Notes: generated by a model not told the origin, from the letters alone. Shown: positions 46,012 to 56,568, counted from the stretch's first letter. The stretch is 64,000 nucleotides of DNA from an uncultured delta proteobacterium (GCA_963766715.1 CAVYBH010000010.1:48639-112638); one strand, 5' to 3'. Translations and numbers: made by a program.

Positions 46012-47958
46012 ATGGCTCGCGCCCGCGGCCCGTCTCGACGGCCCGCTCCCACATCCAGGACCCCCGACCTCGCCGCCCGCGCAGCGCCCTGGGCAGGGCT
46101 CCTGGTCCTCCTGGCCGCGACCGCGCTGGCCTACGCTCCCTCGCTGCCCGGCCCCTTCGTGCTCGACGACTGGGGGAGCATCCAGGCCAACATGCGGCTG
46201 CGCCGGCCGGACGCCCTCCGCGTCCCGTCGCTGGCGGAGATGCTGAGCATTTCACGGCCGGTCACCGAGCTCACCTTCGCGGCCGACTACCGCGCCGCGG
46301 GGCTCGACCCGGTGCGCTTTCACGCCGTCGGCCTGGGCCTCCACCTGGCCGCGACGCTGCTCGCCTACGCCTTCCTCGCGTCCCTCCTCCGCCGGGCCGG
46401 CCACGCGCGCCCCCGGGGCGTCGCCCTGGTGGTCGCCGGCCTCTTCGCGCTCCACCCGATCCAGGCCGAGGCCGTCGCCTACGCGGCACAGCGCTCGGAG
46501 GTGCTGGCCTCGCTCCTCTACCTGGTCGCGCTCCTCCTCCTCGACCGCTCCGCGGCGGGACGGGGAGCGGGGCGAGCGGCGGCCGCCTGGACCGGGGGCG
46601 CAATCTCGTGGCTGCTCGCCATGGGGGCGAAGTCCATCGCCATCAGCCTTCCGGGCGTCTTCGTCGTCGATCAGGCGGTGGTGGCGCCCGCCTCGGAGCG
46701 GGGCGCCCGGTCCCTGGGGCGGCGGGTGGCGAGGGCCTTCCTCCTCGTCGCGCCCCTGCTCGCGCTCGCGGCCTGGAGCGCCTCCCTCCACTTCCGTTCG
46801 TTCGCGGCGGATCCGGGAGGTGGGGCCGGCTTCGCGGCCACGCCTCTCTCCGCGAGCGCCTACTTCCTGACCCAGCTGCGGGTCCAGTGGCTCTATCTCG
46901 GGCTCCTCGCCTGGCCGCGCTCCCTCGCCTTCGACCGATCCTTCGAGCCCAGCCTGGGGCCGGACGGCGCGGTCCTCGTGGCCGGGGCAGGCGTGCTGGC
47001 GCTCGTCGCGCTCGCGGGCTGGCTCTGGATCCGGGCCGAGCGGGCGCCGGACGCCCGGCCGAGCGCGCGCCTCGCGGCCTTCGGCATCCTCTTCTGGTTC
47101 GTCGTCCTCTCCCCGACCTCCTCCTTCGTGCCCGTGAACGACCTCGCGGTGGAGCACCGCGTCTACCTGGCTTCGCTCGGGCCCTTCCTGGCCGTGACCG
47201 TCGGGGCCGACGCCCTCCTTCGCCGCCTGCTCCCCGGTCGACGGGCGGCCGTCGCCGGCGCCGCGGTCGCCTCGCTGGTCCTGCTCTCCCTGGGGCTCGC
47301 GCTGGCCTCCCGGGCCCGGGTGTGGGGCTCGGAGGAGGCGCTCTGGCGCGAGGCCGCGACGACGTCGCCCGACAACCCGCGCGCCTGGATCAACCTCGCC
47401 ATCGCGCTTCGCAAGCGGGGAGACCTCGACGGAGCCGAGCGGTCGTACCTGCGCGCCTGGACGGTCGTGCGCCAGCCGGCCCGGATCGCCGCGCTGGCCC
47501 GCAACCACGCCTCGCTCCTCATCGACACCGGTCGCCCCGCCGAGGCGCTGGGGGTGCTGGACCGGGGGCTTGCCGTGTCGCCCGACGACCCGGCGCTCCG
47601 GGGCAACCGGGCGGCGGCGCTCGGGAAGCTCGGACGCCCGGCGGAGGCCCTCCTGGAGGCCCGGCGGGCCGCGGCGGCTGCCCCTGGCGACCCGCTCATG
47701 CGCAACCTGCTCGGGCAGGCGTTCGCGGTGAACCACGACTGGGCCTCCGCGCTGGACGAATTCCGGGCGGCCCAGGCCATCGACCCGGGGGTTCAGCTCT
47801 ACGCGGTCGCGGTCGGGGTCTCGCTCGGGGAGCTCGGCCGGCGGGACGAGGCCTGCACGGCCTTGCGGAACGCCGCCGCCCGCTACAAGGAACGTCCCCT
47901 CCCTCTCGACGCAGCCGCCCGGGCCGCTGCGCTCGGCTGCCCCCTCCCGGTCCCCTGA
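46012..47958 (+). CDS. TMTC-like membrane glycosyltransferase (GT-C fold) with C-terminal TPRs
   Basis: FVLDD, SRPVT, LFALHPIQAEAVAYAAQRSE, VEHRVYL, then TPR-like repeats. Confidence 0.8.
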   Translation: MARARGPSRRPAPTSRTPDLAARAAPWAGLLVLLAATALAYAPSLPGPFVLDDWGSIQANMRLRRPDALRVPSLAEMLSISRPVTELTFAADYRAAGLDPVRFHAVGLGLHLAATLLAYAFLASLLRRAGHARPRGVALVVAGLFALHPIQAEAVAYAAQRSEVLASLLYLVALLLLDRSAAGRGAGRAAAAWTGGAISWLLAMGAKSIAISLPGVFVVDQAVVAPASERGARSLGRRVARAFLLVAPLLALAAWSASLHFRSFAADPGGGAGFAATPLSASAYFLTQLRVQWLYLGLLAWPRSLAFDRSFEPSLGPDGAVLVAGAGVLALVALAGWLWIRAERAPDARPSARLAAFGILFWFVVLSPTSSFVPVNDLAVEHRVYLASLGPFLAVTVGADALLRRLLPGRRAAVAGAAVASLVLLSLGLALASRARVWGSEEALWREAATTSPDNPRAWINLAIALRKRGDLDGAERSYLRAWTVVRQPARIAALARNHASLLIDTGRPAEALGVLDRGLAVSPDDPALRGNRAAALGKLGRPAEALLEARRAAAAAPGDPLMRNLLGQAFAVNHDWASALDEFRAAQAIDPGVQLYAVAVGVSLGELGRRDEACTALRNAAARYKERPLPLDAAARAAALGCPLPVP

Positions 47959-50510
47959 TGCCCTCCGACGCGCCCCTCCTCGCCTTGCTCCCGCCTCCGG
48001 GCGCCCCTCCGCTCGACGACTCCGCGGTGCTCGACCGCTTCGTCGCCTGGGTCGAATCGGCGGGACTCACCCTGTACCCCGCGCAGGAGGAGGCCATCCT
48101 GGAGCTGCTGGAGGGTCGCCACGTCGTGCTCTCCACGCCCACCGGCTCGGGGAAGTCGATGGTGGCCAACTTCCTCCACTTCCAGGCCATGGCCCGGGGC
48201 GAGCGATCGTTCTACACCTGCCCGATCAAGGCGCTCGTGAACGAGAAGTTCTTCGACCTGTGCCGCCTCTTCGGCCCGGAGAACGTCGGCATGATGACCG
48301 GGGACGGCGCCGTGAACCGCGACGCCCCCATCATCTGCTGCACCGCCGAGATCCTGATGAACGTGGCGCTCCGCGAGGCGAACCCCCGCGCCGACGCGGT
48401 GGTGATGGACGAGTTCCACTACTACGCCGATCGCGACCGCGGCGTGGCCTGGCAGGTGCCGCTGCTCCTGCTCGAGAAGGCCCGCTTCCTGCTCATGTCG
48501 GCCACGCTCGGCGACGTGGAGGTCATCGCCGAGGGGCTCACGGCGCTCACCGGCCGGGGCGTCGCCGAGGTGCGCAGCGACGACCGGCCCGTGCCGCTCG
48601 ACTTCGTCTGGCAGGAGACCCCGCTCCACGAGACCCTCGAGGAGCTGGTGAGCGCGGGCCGGGCCCCGGTCTACCTGGTGAACTTCACCCAGCGCGCGGC
48701 AGCCGAGCAGGCGCAGAATCTGATGTCGGTGAACTTCTCCTCGAAGGAGGAGAAGGAGCGGCTCAAGGAGGCGCTCACCGGCTTCCGCTTCGACACCCCG
48801 TTCGGCAAGGAGCTCCAGCGCTTCCTGCGCCACGGCATCGGGCTGCACCACGCCGGCCTCCTGCCCAAGTACCGCCTGCTGGTGGAGCGGCTGGCGCAGC
48901 AGGGGCTCCTCAAGGTGGTCTCCGGGACCGACACGCTGGGGATGGGCGTGAACATCCCCATCCGCACCGTCCTCTTCACCCAGCTGTGCAAGTTCGACGG
49001 GGAGAAGACGGCCATCCTGGCGGCCCGCGACTTCCGGCAGATCGCCGGGCGGGCGGGGCGGAAGGGGTTCGACGACCGCGGCTACGTGATCGCGCAGGCC
49101 CCCGAGCACGTCATCGAGAACAAGCGCATCGCCGAGAAGCAGGCGGCGGGCAAGAAGGTCGAGAAGAAGAAGCCGCCGCAGAAGGGCTTCGTCCCCTGGG
49201 ACCGCACCACCTTCGAGCGCCTCCAGACGCGGGCGCCCGAGCCGCTCGAGAGCCGCTTCGACGTGACCTTCGGGCTCCTCCTCAACCTCCTGCAGAGCGA
49301 GACCTCCCGGCGCGGGGGCGGCTACGCCCGGCTGGTCGAGCTCATCTCGCGCTCGCACGGCAACGATCACGTGCGGGCCCGGCACCGCCGGCTCGCGGCC
49401 CAGCGCTTCCGGACGCTCCGCGGCGCCGGCCTGATCGAGCTGCACGGCGTGGAGGGGTACCGCGGGCGCCACGTCCGGCCGGCCCGCGGCCTGCAGCGCG
49501 ACTTCTCCATCTTCCACACGCTCTCCCTCTACCTCCTCGACAGCCTGCCGCGCATCGATCCCCAGCGGGAGACCTACGCGCTCGACGTGCTCACCCAGGT
49601 CGAGTCGATCCTGGAGGACCCGGACGTCGTCCTCTGGAAGCAGCTCGACCGGGCGAAGGGCGAGGCGGTGGCCCGCATGAAGGCCGAGGGCAAGGAGTAC
49701 GACGAGCGGATGGCGGCGCTGGAGCACGTCGAGTACCCCAAGCCCAACGCCGAGTTCGTCTACGCCACCTTCAACGAGTTCGCGGCCCGCCACCCCTGGG
49801 TCGGCCGGGAGAACATCCGGCCCAAGTCGGTGGCCCGGGAGATGGTCGAGCGGGCCATGTCGTTCAACGACTACGTCCGCGAGTACGAGCTGCAGCGGAG
49901 CGAGGGCGTGCTGCTCCGCTACCTCTCCGAGGCCTACAAGACGCTGGTGCAGAGCGTCCCCGAGACCTACCGCGACGAGGCGCTCGAGGACGTGGTCGCG
50001 TTCCTTCGCGCCACCGTGCGCGGGGTCGACTCGAGCCTGGTGGACGAGTGGGAGCGGATGCGCGCCGGTGCGGCGCCCGCCGCCCCGGCCGGCCCCGGCG
50101 TGGCGCCTGCGGCGCCCGTCTTCGCGATCGACCCCGCCGCCAATCCCCGCGCCTTCGCCGCGCGGGTCCGGGCCGAGCTCCATCGGCTGCTGGGGGCGCT
50201 GGGGCGCCGGTCGTACGAGGAGGCCTCGACGCTGGTCCGCCAGCGCTCCGGCGCCGAGTGGTCGCCGAAGCGGATCGAGGAGGCGATGGCGCCCTACTGG
50301 GCCGAGCACGACAGGGTCGACGTCACGCCGGCCGCGCGTCGCCCGGACAACACCTTCCTCACCGAGCTCGAGCCCCGGCGGTGGCGCGCCGTGCAGCGAA
50401 TCGTCGACGAGACGGGCGAGGTCGACTGGATGGTGGAGTGCGAGGTGGACCTCACCGGGCCGTACGATCCGGACGAGCCGCTCCTCGAGCTCGTGCGCGT
50501 GGCCGTCTAG
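47958..50510 (+). CDS. Ski2-like DEAD/DEAH helicase (DUF3516-type)
   Basis: TPTGSGKS, PIKALVNEK, MDEFHYY, MSATL, HHAGLLP, QIAGRAGR, RSEGVLLRYLS. Confidence 0.9.
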   Translation: MPSDAPLLALLPPPGAPPLDDSAVLDRFVAWVESAGLTLYPAQEEAILELLEGRHVVLSTPTGSGKSMVANFLHFQAMARGERSFYTCPIKALVNEKFFDLCRLFGPENVGMMTGDGAVNRDAPIICCTAEILMNVALREANPRADAVVMDEFHYYADRDRGVAWQVPLLLLEKARFLLMSATLGDVEVIAEGLTALTGRGVAEVRSDDRPVPLDFVWQETPLHETLEELVSAGRAPVYLVNFTQRAAAEQAQNLMSVNFSSKEEKERLKEALTGFRFDTPFGKELQRFLRHGIGLHHAGLLPKYRLLVERLAQQGLLKVVSGTDTLGMGVNIPIRTVLFTQLCKFDGEKTAILAARDFRQIAGRAGRKGFDDRGYVIAQAPEHVIENKRIAEKQAAGKKVEKKKPPQKGFVPWDRTTFERLQTRAPEPLESRFDVTFGLLLNLLQSETSRRGGGYARLVELISRSHGNDHVRARHRRLAAQRFRTLRGAGLIELHGVEGYRGRHVRPARGLQRDFSIFHTLSLYLLDSLPRIDPQRETYALDVLTQVESILEDPDVVLWKQLDRAKGEAVARMKAEGKEYDERMAALEHVEYPKPNAEFVYATFNEFAARHPWVGRENIRPKSVAREMVERAMSFNDYVREYELQRSEGVLLRYLSEAYKTLVQSVPETYRDEALEDVVAFLRATVRGVDSSLVDEWERMRAGAAPAAPAGPGVAPAAPVFAIDPAANPRAFAARVRAELHRLLGALGRRSYEEASTLVRQRSGAEWSPKRIEEAMAPYWAEHDRVDVTPAARRPDNTFLTELEPRRWRAVQRIVDETGEVDWMVECEVDLTGPYDPDEPLLELVRVAV

Positions 50511-50522
50511 GCGAGGCGCCGC

Positions 50523-51225
50523 TCAGGGCCGGAAGGCGCCGGTGGGCGCCTCGACGAGGAACTCGGCCGTGAGGATTCTCGGTCGTGCCGGAGTGGCGCC
50601 CCTGCACGAAGTTCTCCTCGCGGAAGGGAACGAGCACCCCGGACACCTTGCGGAAGTCGGAGTAGGCGGTGACGAACTCGAGGCTGCCGACCCCTCCGGG
50701 CATCCGGGCCACCGCCCGGAGGATTCGCCCGGTCCCGGGCTCGATCTCCGCGGTGATGGCGAGCCCGTCCCCGAGCGGCAGGGTGAGCGCGCGGAGCTTC
50801 GCGCCGTCGCGCTCGACGAGCCCCTCGTCGACCAGCCGCGCCAGCCCGGCCTGGAGCGAGAGCGGCAGCTCCAGGCGCGCCGCCTGGAGCGCCATGGCGG
50901 CGTGGGGAGGAGCGCCCGTCACCTCGCGGCCGTCGCGCCACCCTCTCGCGCCGTCGAGGATCCGCTGCTCGGCCCCGCTCCCCGGGTACTGGATCGTGAC
51001 GCGCAGTCGGCGCGGCCGCTCGTAGATGCGCAGGATGCGGCCGACGTCCTTCGACTCGTGGGCGGCGACCACGCCCTCCTCGACCATCACCGGGAACTTC
51101 TCCAGCGCGGCCGTGCCCCCGTAGGCCTCGACCACCTTCTGGACCATCGCCCCGATGGACGGGTCGGGCGGCGGTGAGGCCGCCAGGACGAGGGCGGCGA
51201 GCGGGGCGAGCGAGATGGCGAGCAA
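50523..51225 (-). CDS. Secreted hypothetical protein (LolA/lipoprotein-sorting-like beta fold suspected); frameshift near 50580
   Basis: GGAGG RBS and TTG start, signal peptide, VVEAYGG, YSDFRKVSGVLVPF, ends GAFRP*. Confidence 0.6.
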
Positions 51226-51345
51226 GCGACCTCCGGGTCGGGTGGAATGCGGCGAGGTTTCGGGTCCGTTATACCCTTGTGGATTCCCCCACCCTCGCCG
51301 ATATCCGCCCACGGGGTTCTTGACACCCACCCTGTTAGGGCCCAA

Positions 51346-51723
51346 ATGAGTCAACACATGTTCTCCGCGCCCCAGCCCACGCACGCACGCAGATGGCCGA
51401 GAGGCCAGCGCTTCGCCCTCTCGGCCCGCGGCATCGAGGCCGAGGCAGGCTACCGGGCGGCCGTCCAGGACGTGCGCTCGCTCGGCCGGGACGCGCTGAC
51501 GCTGGCCGAGAAGCGCTGGGCCGACCCGCTCGGGCTCTCCCCGGCGGACGGCGTGGTGATGGCCGAGATCCGGCCTGGACGGCGCTCGTTCGCCGACCTG
51601 GGCCACGCGCTGCAGGACTGCGGGACGATGCCGGCCCAGATCCGCGACTCGGTGGATCGGCTGGTCGAGCAGGGCTTCGTGGAGGCCCTGCCGCTCCCCG
51701 GCGCCGGCGCCGTCGCTCCCTGA
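51346..51723 (+). CDS. Hypothetical protein with winged-helix-like C-terminus
   Basis: SFADLGHAL...IRDSVDRLVEQGFVE; TTGACA at 51320-51325. Confidence 0.6.
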   Translation: MSQHMFSAPQPTHARRWPRGQRFALSARGIEAEAGYRAAVQDVRSLGRDALTLAEKRWADPLGLSPADGVVMAEIRPGRRSFADLGHALQDCGTMPAQIRDSVDRLVEQGFVEALPLPGAGAVAP

Positions 51724-51748
51724 CCTCTCCCGGCGCGCCCGGGTTCCT

Positions 51749-52120
51749 TCACTCCCAGTCTTTGCGCCCCGACTTCCGCTCGGAGGTCCGCCTCTTCTCG
51801 GCGAGCCTCCGCTCCTTGGCGCCGCGGGTGGGCCGGTGGCCACGCGACGGCGCGGGACGTGGGAGAGCGACCTGCAGCCGCTCCCGGAGCCTCCCCAGCG
51901 CGGCCGACCGGTTCTGGGCCTGGCTGCGCCGCTCGGTCGCCGTGACGGTCACGCCGGTGGGGCGGTGGACGAGGCGGACGCCGCTCTCGGTCTTGTTGCG
52001 GTGCTGCCCGCCGGGACCTCCGGCCACGAAGAACTCCTCCTCGCACTCGGCGGCGAGCGCCTCGGCCGGGAGCGAGAGGGCGCGCCGGGCGGCGGCGCGG
52101 ACGTGCGGGGCCACTTCCAT
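51749..52120 (-). CDS. ArfB-like peptidyl-tRNA hydrolase (RF-1 domain)
   Basis: GGPGGQHRNK, RSQAQNR, basic tail RPTRGAKERRLAEKRR. Confidence 0.82.
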   Translation of the reverse strand: MEVAPHVRAAARRALSLPAEALAAECEEEFFVAGGPGGQHRNKTESGVRLVHRPTGVTVTATERRSQAQNRSAALGRLRERLQVALPRPAPSRGHRPTRGAKERRLAEKRRTSERKSGRKDWE

Positions 52121-52828
52121 CTAGTGCTCGATCGCCTCGTCGGTGACGATCCGGCCGTCCACGAGCTCGACGATCCGGTCGGTCCGCTCGGCGAGGCGGC
52201 GGTCGTGCGTGACGATGAGGAAGGTCACCTTCTGCTGCCGGTTCACGTCCCGGAGCAGCGAGAAGACCTCGTCGGCGGTCTGCGTGTCCAGGTTTCCGGT
52301 GGGCTCGTCGGCGAGGACGATCTTGGGGTTCATGGCCAGGGACCGGGCGATGGCCACCCGCTGCGCCTGCCCGCCCGAGAGGGTGGTGGCCCGGTTCCCG
52401 GCCCGGGCCGACAGGCCCACGCGATCGAGGAGCGCCCGCCCGCACTCCGGCATCGACGCGTCGAGGCGCCCCTTGTCGGCCGCCATCGGGATCATGACGT
52501 TCTCGAGCGCCGTGAACTCCGGGAGCAGGTGGTGGAACTGGAAGACGAACCCGAGCGTTCGGCCCCGGGACCGGGTGAGCTCGTCGTCGTCCATGTCCCC
52601 GGTGTCCTGGCCGTCGAGCAGGACGCGCCCGCCGGTGGGCCGGTCGAGGAGCCCCATGATGTGGAGCAGCGTGCTCTTGCCCGAACCGGACGGCCCCATG
52701 AGCGCGGCGAACTCGCCGCGGTGGAGCACGAGGTCCACGCCGCGGAGCACCCGGGTCCGGGCCTCCCCCTCGCCGAAGTCCCGGACGATCCCCTCCAGCC
52801 GCATGACCTCGGGCCTGGATTCACCCAT
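52121..52828 (-). CDS. ABC transporter ATP-binding protein (LolD/MacB-like)
   Basis: GPSGSGKST, FVFQFHHLL, LSGGQAQRVAIAR, LADEPTGNLD. Confidence 0.93.
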   Translation of the reverse strand: MGESRPEVMRLEGIVRDFGEGEARTRVLRGVDLVLHRGEFAALMGPSGSGKSTLLHIMGLLDRPTGGRVLLDGQDTGDMDDDELTRSRGRTLGFVFQFHHLLPEFTALENVMIPMAADKGRLDASMPECGRALLDRVGLSARAGNRATTLSGGQAQRVAIARSLAMNPKIVLADEPTGNLDTQTADEVFSLLRDVNRQQKVTFLIVTHDRRLAERTDRIVELVDGRIVTDEAIEH

Positions 52829-54038
52829 AGCGGATGACCTCCGCGGGGTCGAGGCGGGCCGCCCGGGTGGCCGGGAACCAGGCGGCCATCGTCCCGGTGA
52901 GGATGGCCACACCCGACGCACCCAGGTAGAGGAGCGGCGTCAGGTCCACCGGGAAGAGGGGCGCACCGCCGGGTCCCCGGGCCAGTCCCGCGAAGGCCAG
53001 GCCCATGGCCGACCCGAGGACGGAGCCCAGCACCGAGCCCAGCGCCCCGACGATGGCGCCCTCGAGCAGGAAGATGCGCTGGATGGTCCGGGTGGACGTC
53101 CCGGTGGCCCTCAGGATCCCAATCTCGCGGGACTTCTGGATGACCGAGACCCCCAGCACGCTGGCGATCCCCAGCGCCACCGCCATGACCACCAGGGACT
53201 GGATGATCCAGCTCGACGCCGACTGGGACCGGAGCCCCACGAGGAGCTGCTGGTTCAGCTCCATCCAGCTGTCCGCGGAGAGCCCGTAGCGGCTCTCGAT
53301 CTCCTTGGCCAGGCGCTCGGCCTCGAAGATCGAGGCGACCTTGACCTCGAGGGTCGTCGCGCCCCCGGGCACGTCGAGCATCGTCTGGGCCGAGCGGAGC
53401 GGCACGAACACCCAGCGCTGGTTCACGTCCTTGTTCCCGAGGTCGAAGATGCCGGAGATGACGAAGACGTCGCCGCGCCCCTCCGGCGTCGCCAGGCGGA
53501 GCTTGTCCCCGACCGCCACGCCGAGGTCGCTCGCCAGCACCGTCCCGATGATGGCCTCCGTTCCCTCCAGGGCGAAGCGACCCGACTGCATCTTGGGAAC
53601 GATCTCGATCACCCGGGAGAAGCTCTCCGGGTCGATCCCTCGCAGGGCCACCGACTTGGAGGCCGACCCCCGGCTCGCGAAGGCGGACCCGGCGGCCGTG
53701 GGCGTGGCGGCCACCACGCCCGGGATGGACTGGATGCCCTCCAGCACCTGCTGCCACTGCTCGATGGACCGGATGCGGTCCGGAACCTTCTCGACGTGGT
53801 CGGCGACGCGCTCCGGCGACGGCAGCGGACGGGCCACCCGCTCCTGCGCCTTCACCAGGATGTGGGCCTGGGCCGACAGGGTCTGCGCCACCAGCGTGCG
53901 CTGCAGGCCGCCGATGAGCGCGGTGAGGAAGATGAGCACCGCCACGCCCACGGTGGTGCCGCCCAGGACGAGCGCGGTCTGCGCCCGGCCCTCCTTCAGG
54001 TAGCGGACGGCGATGAAGACCTCGAAGCGCATGCGCAC
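52821..54038 (-). CDS. ABC transporter permease (MacB/LolE/FtsX family)
   Basis: TM, large periplasmic domain, three TMs; REIGILRATG, PATRAARLDPAEVIR. Confidence 0.92.
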   Translation of the reverse strand: MRMRFEVFIAVRYLKEGRAQTALVLGGTTVGVAVLIFLTALIGGLQRTLVAQTLSAQAHILVKAQERVARPLPSPERVADHVEKVPDRIRSIEQWQQVLEGIQSIPGVVAATPTAAGSAFASRGSASKSVALRGIDPESFSRVIEIVPKMQSGRFALEGTEAIIGTVLASDLGVAVGDKLRLATPEGRGDVFVISGIFDLGNKDVNQRWVFVPLRSAQTMLDVPGGATTLEVKVASIFEAERLAKEIESRYGLSADSWMELNQQLLVGLRSQSASSWIIQSLVVMAVALGIASVLGVSVIQKSREIGILRATGTSTRTIQRIFLLEGAIVGALGSVLGSVLGSAMGLAFAGLARGPGGAPLFPVDLTPLLYLGASGVAILTGTMAAWFPATRAARLDPAEVIRYG

Positions 54039-54045
54039 CCGGCCC

Positions 54046-55254
54046 TCAGCGGGCCGGCTCCGTGCGCACCCGGGCGCCGGGGCTCACGGCCGAGGTGGGC
54101 GCGACCACCGCCTCCCCGGCCTCGAGGCCGGAGAGGACCTGGACGGCTCGCTCCCCGCGCATGCCCAGCTTCACCGGAACCCGGACGGTTCGCCCGGCCC
54201 GGACGGCCAGCACCCACGGGTCGGTTCCCGCGTCCCGCACGGCGCCGGCCGGCAGCACGAGGGCGGCGCGGTCGCGCCCGACCTCGACGTTCACCGAGAC
54301 GGTCATGTCCGGTCGCAGGAAGGGCGGCGGATCCGGGACGTCGAGCTTGACCTCCACCGTGCCGCGGGAGAGGTCCACCGCCGGCGCGATGTAGGCGACC
54401 CGCGCCGGGAAGACGCGATCCGGAAACGCGTCGACCGAGGCCGTGGCCGGCTGGCCCAGGCGCAGGAAGGCCAGGTTCTTCTCGTCCGGGAGCACCGAGA
54501 GCTGGGTCGGGCCGTCGCGGGCCACCACGAGCAGCGTCCGCCCGGGCTGGACCACGTCGCCCGGCTCCACGTCCCGCTCGGTGACGACGCCGTCGGCCGG
54601 GGCCCGGATCTGCAGCTGGTCGAGCCGGGCCGCAGCGGCCTGCTCGGCGCCCCGGGCCTGCTCGAGCGCCGCCCGCGCCACGTTGCGGTCGGACCCCGAG
54701 GCCACGGCGCTCGCCTGGATGCGGGCCGAGGCGAGCTGGCTCGCCGCGAGGTCGCGCGCCTGCTGGGCGTCGTCGAGGTCCTGCCGGCTGACCGAGCCGG
54801 CCTCGGCCAGCGTGCGGTTGCGGGTGAGCTTCGTCTCCGCCTGACCCAGTCGCAGCTCGGCCTGGCGGACCGCCTCGGCGGTCACGCGCGCCGAAACGAC
54901 GTCGACCTGCTCGAGCCGGGCGGCCGCCTGGGCCACGGCGGAACGGGCCTGGGCCAGCGCCGCCCGCGCCTCCACGTCGTCGAGCTGCACGAGCACCTGC
55001 CCGGCCTTCACCCGGTCCCCCTTGTCGACCGCCACGCGCGTGGCCCTGCCGACCACCACGCTCCCGATCTGGATCCGGGCCGGCGCGAGCACCCGCCCGC
55101 TCGCCACGACCCGCTGCACGAGCTCCTGGCGCTCGGCCACCCAGGCCGGCACCCGGGGCCCGAGCAGGGCGCGGCCGCCCAGGAAGAGCCCCAGGGCCAC
55201 CGCGCCGGCGAGGAGGATCCAGCGCCAGCGGCGGGCCTTGGGGGATGGGGCCAT
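54046..55254 (-). CDS. Periplasmic adaptor (membrane fusion protein)
   Basis: N-terminal TM, VDKGDRVKAGQVL, coiled hairpin, IRAPADGVV, LRPDMTVSV. Confidence 0.9.
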   Translation of the reverse strand: MAPSPKARRWRWILLAGAVALGLFLGGRALLGPRVPAWVAERQELVQRVVASGRVLAPARIQIGSVVVGRATRVAVDKGDRVKAGQVLVQLDDVEARAALAQARSAVAQAAARLEQVDVVSARVTAEAVRQAELRLGQAETKLTRNRTLAEAGSVSRQDLDDAQQARDLAASQLASARIQASAVASGSDRNVARAALEQARGAEQAAAARLDQLQIRAPADGVVTERDVEPGDVVQPGRTLLVVARDGPTQLSVLPDEKNLAFLRLGQPATASVDAFPDRVFPARVAYIAPAVDLSRGTVEVKLDVPDPPPFLRPDMTVSVNVEVGRDRAALVLPAGAVRDAGTDPWVLAVRAGRTVRVPVKLGMRGERAVQVLSGLEAGEAVVAPTSAVSPGARVRTEPAR

Positions 55255-55383
55255 GAACGGGCGAGTATACGTTCGGTCCGGGCGGCCCCGGACCGGGAAA
55301 TCGGGACGTCGCCCTTCCCTTTCCCCCTGCCGGGACGGTCCCTGCCCGGTAGACTCACCCGACTTTCACCCCGAGGGGAGCGC

Positions 55384-56550
55384 ATGGACCAGGAGATGTG
55401 GGCACTCGTCTACGACCGGAAGAAGGACCCCTGGAGCACCTCCAAGGGCCTGCGCAAGGAGCGCGTGCCCCGCCCCACGCTGGACGTGGGCAAGGACTAC
55501 CGCGACGCCTCGATGGTCATCGTGAAGCCGCGCTTCGCCGGCTTCTGCGGGTCGGACCGGGGCATCTGGTTCCGCCGGGCCTTCGGCGACATGATCCAGT
55601 CGACGCTGGCGGCCGAGGGAAAGGACGCGCGCGTCATCGGCCACGAGCTGCTCGGCGAGGTGGTCGAGGCCGGCCCGGAGGCCACCCGCGACTTCGGGCT
55701 CCACCCCGGCGACGTGGTCTCCACCGAGAGCCACATCATCTGCAACACCTGCTACCAGTGCCGGATCGGCGACAACCACGTCTGCGCCACCGATCGGATC
55801 ATCGGCATCAGCGTCGATGGGTGCTTCGCCGAGTACGTGAAGCTGCCCGCCCAGGCGCTCTGGCCCACCGACGTGAGGAAGATCCGGCCGGAGGTGGCGG
55901 CGCTCCAGGAGCCCTTCGGGAACGCGGTCCACGCCTGCACCAAGGTGAACCTGCGCGGGAAGTCGGTGGCCATCATCGGCTGCGGCACCATCGGCCTCTT
56001 CGCCATCGCGGTGGCCCGCGCGCTGGGCGCCAGGCAGGTCATCGGCGTCGAGCCCATGCGGACCCACATCGAGATGGCGAAGAAGCTGGGCGCCGACGCC
56101 GTGGTCGAGCCCACCAAGACCACCGAGACCTCCTACGTCCACGACGAGGGGATCACGAAGGCCATCCACGCCCTCACCGACGGGGTCGGCGTGGACGTGG
56201 CCCTCGAGATGTCCGGCTCCAACGCCGCGCTCAACACCGCCATCTCGGTGGTCCGGCGCGGCGGCCACGTCATCCTGTTCGGCCTGAAGAGCGGCGAGGC
56301 GGTCATCGAGAGCCTGGAGCGGGTGATCGTGGACGGCATCAGCCTCCACGCCGTGGTGGGGCGGCGCATCTTCGAGACCTGGCACATCACCCGCAACCTG
56401 CTCGAGTCCACCTCCCCCAACATCCAGGAGCAGGTCTGGAAGGTGATCCTGCAGGGCGGGAACGGCACGATCGTGCCCTTCTCGACGTGGGAGCCGGTCT
56501 CCTTCGAGGAGAAGATCAAGGCCAACCCCAAGGTCCTCATCCAGTTCTGA
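55384..56550 (+). CDS. tdh: L-threonine 3-dehydrogenase (Zn-dependent MDR)
   Basis: GFCGSD, GHE, ESHIICNTCYQC..C, QEPFGNAVH, GRRIFETW; next to kbl. Confidence 0.88.
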   Translation: MDQEMWALVYDRKKDPWSTSKGLRKERVPRPTLDVGKDYRDASMVIVKPRFAGFCGSDRGIWFRRAFGDMIQSTLAAEGKDARVIGHELLGEVVEAGPEATRDFGLHPGDVVSTESHIICNTCYQCRIGDNHVCATDRIIGISVDGCFAEYVKLPAQALWPTDVRKIRPEVAALQEPFGNAVHACTKVNLRGKSVAIIGCGTIGLFAIAVARALGARQVIGVEPMRTHIEMAKKLGADAVVEPTKTTETSYVHDEGITKAIHALTDGVGVDVALEMSGSNAALNTAISVVRRGGHVILFGLKSGEAVIESLERVIVDGISLHAVVGRRIFETWHITRNLLESTSPNIQEQVWKVILQGGNGTIVPFSTWEPVSFEEKIKANPKVLIQF

Positions 56551-56568
56551 CCGGCCCGAGGAGTCCCC

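Noticed and set aside
45258..50510. 1750-aa giant helicase ORF
   Set aside because: The first ~900 aa are an alternate frame over pilT and the TMTC-like gene; the helicase starts at 47958
47958..52120. Anti-phage defence system around the helicase, or with rmuC, macro-domain and exonuclease genes
   Set aside because: These are scattered housekeeping-type genes with host-like composition and no recognisable defence partners
54013..56550. 845-aa extended threonine dehydrogenase
   Set aside because: Upstream part is antisense to the efflux adaptor; real start is 55384 with an RBS
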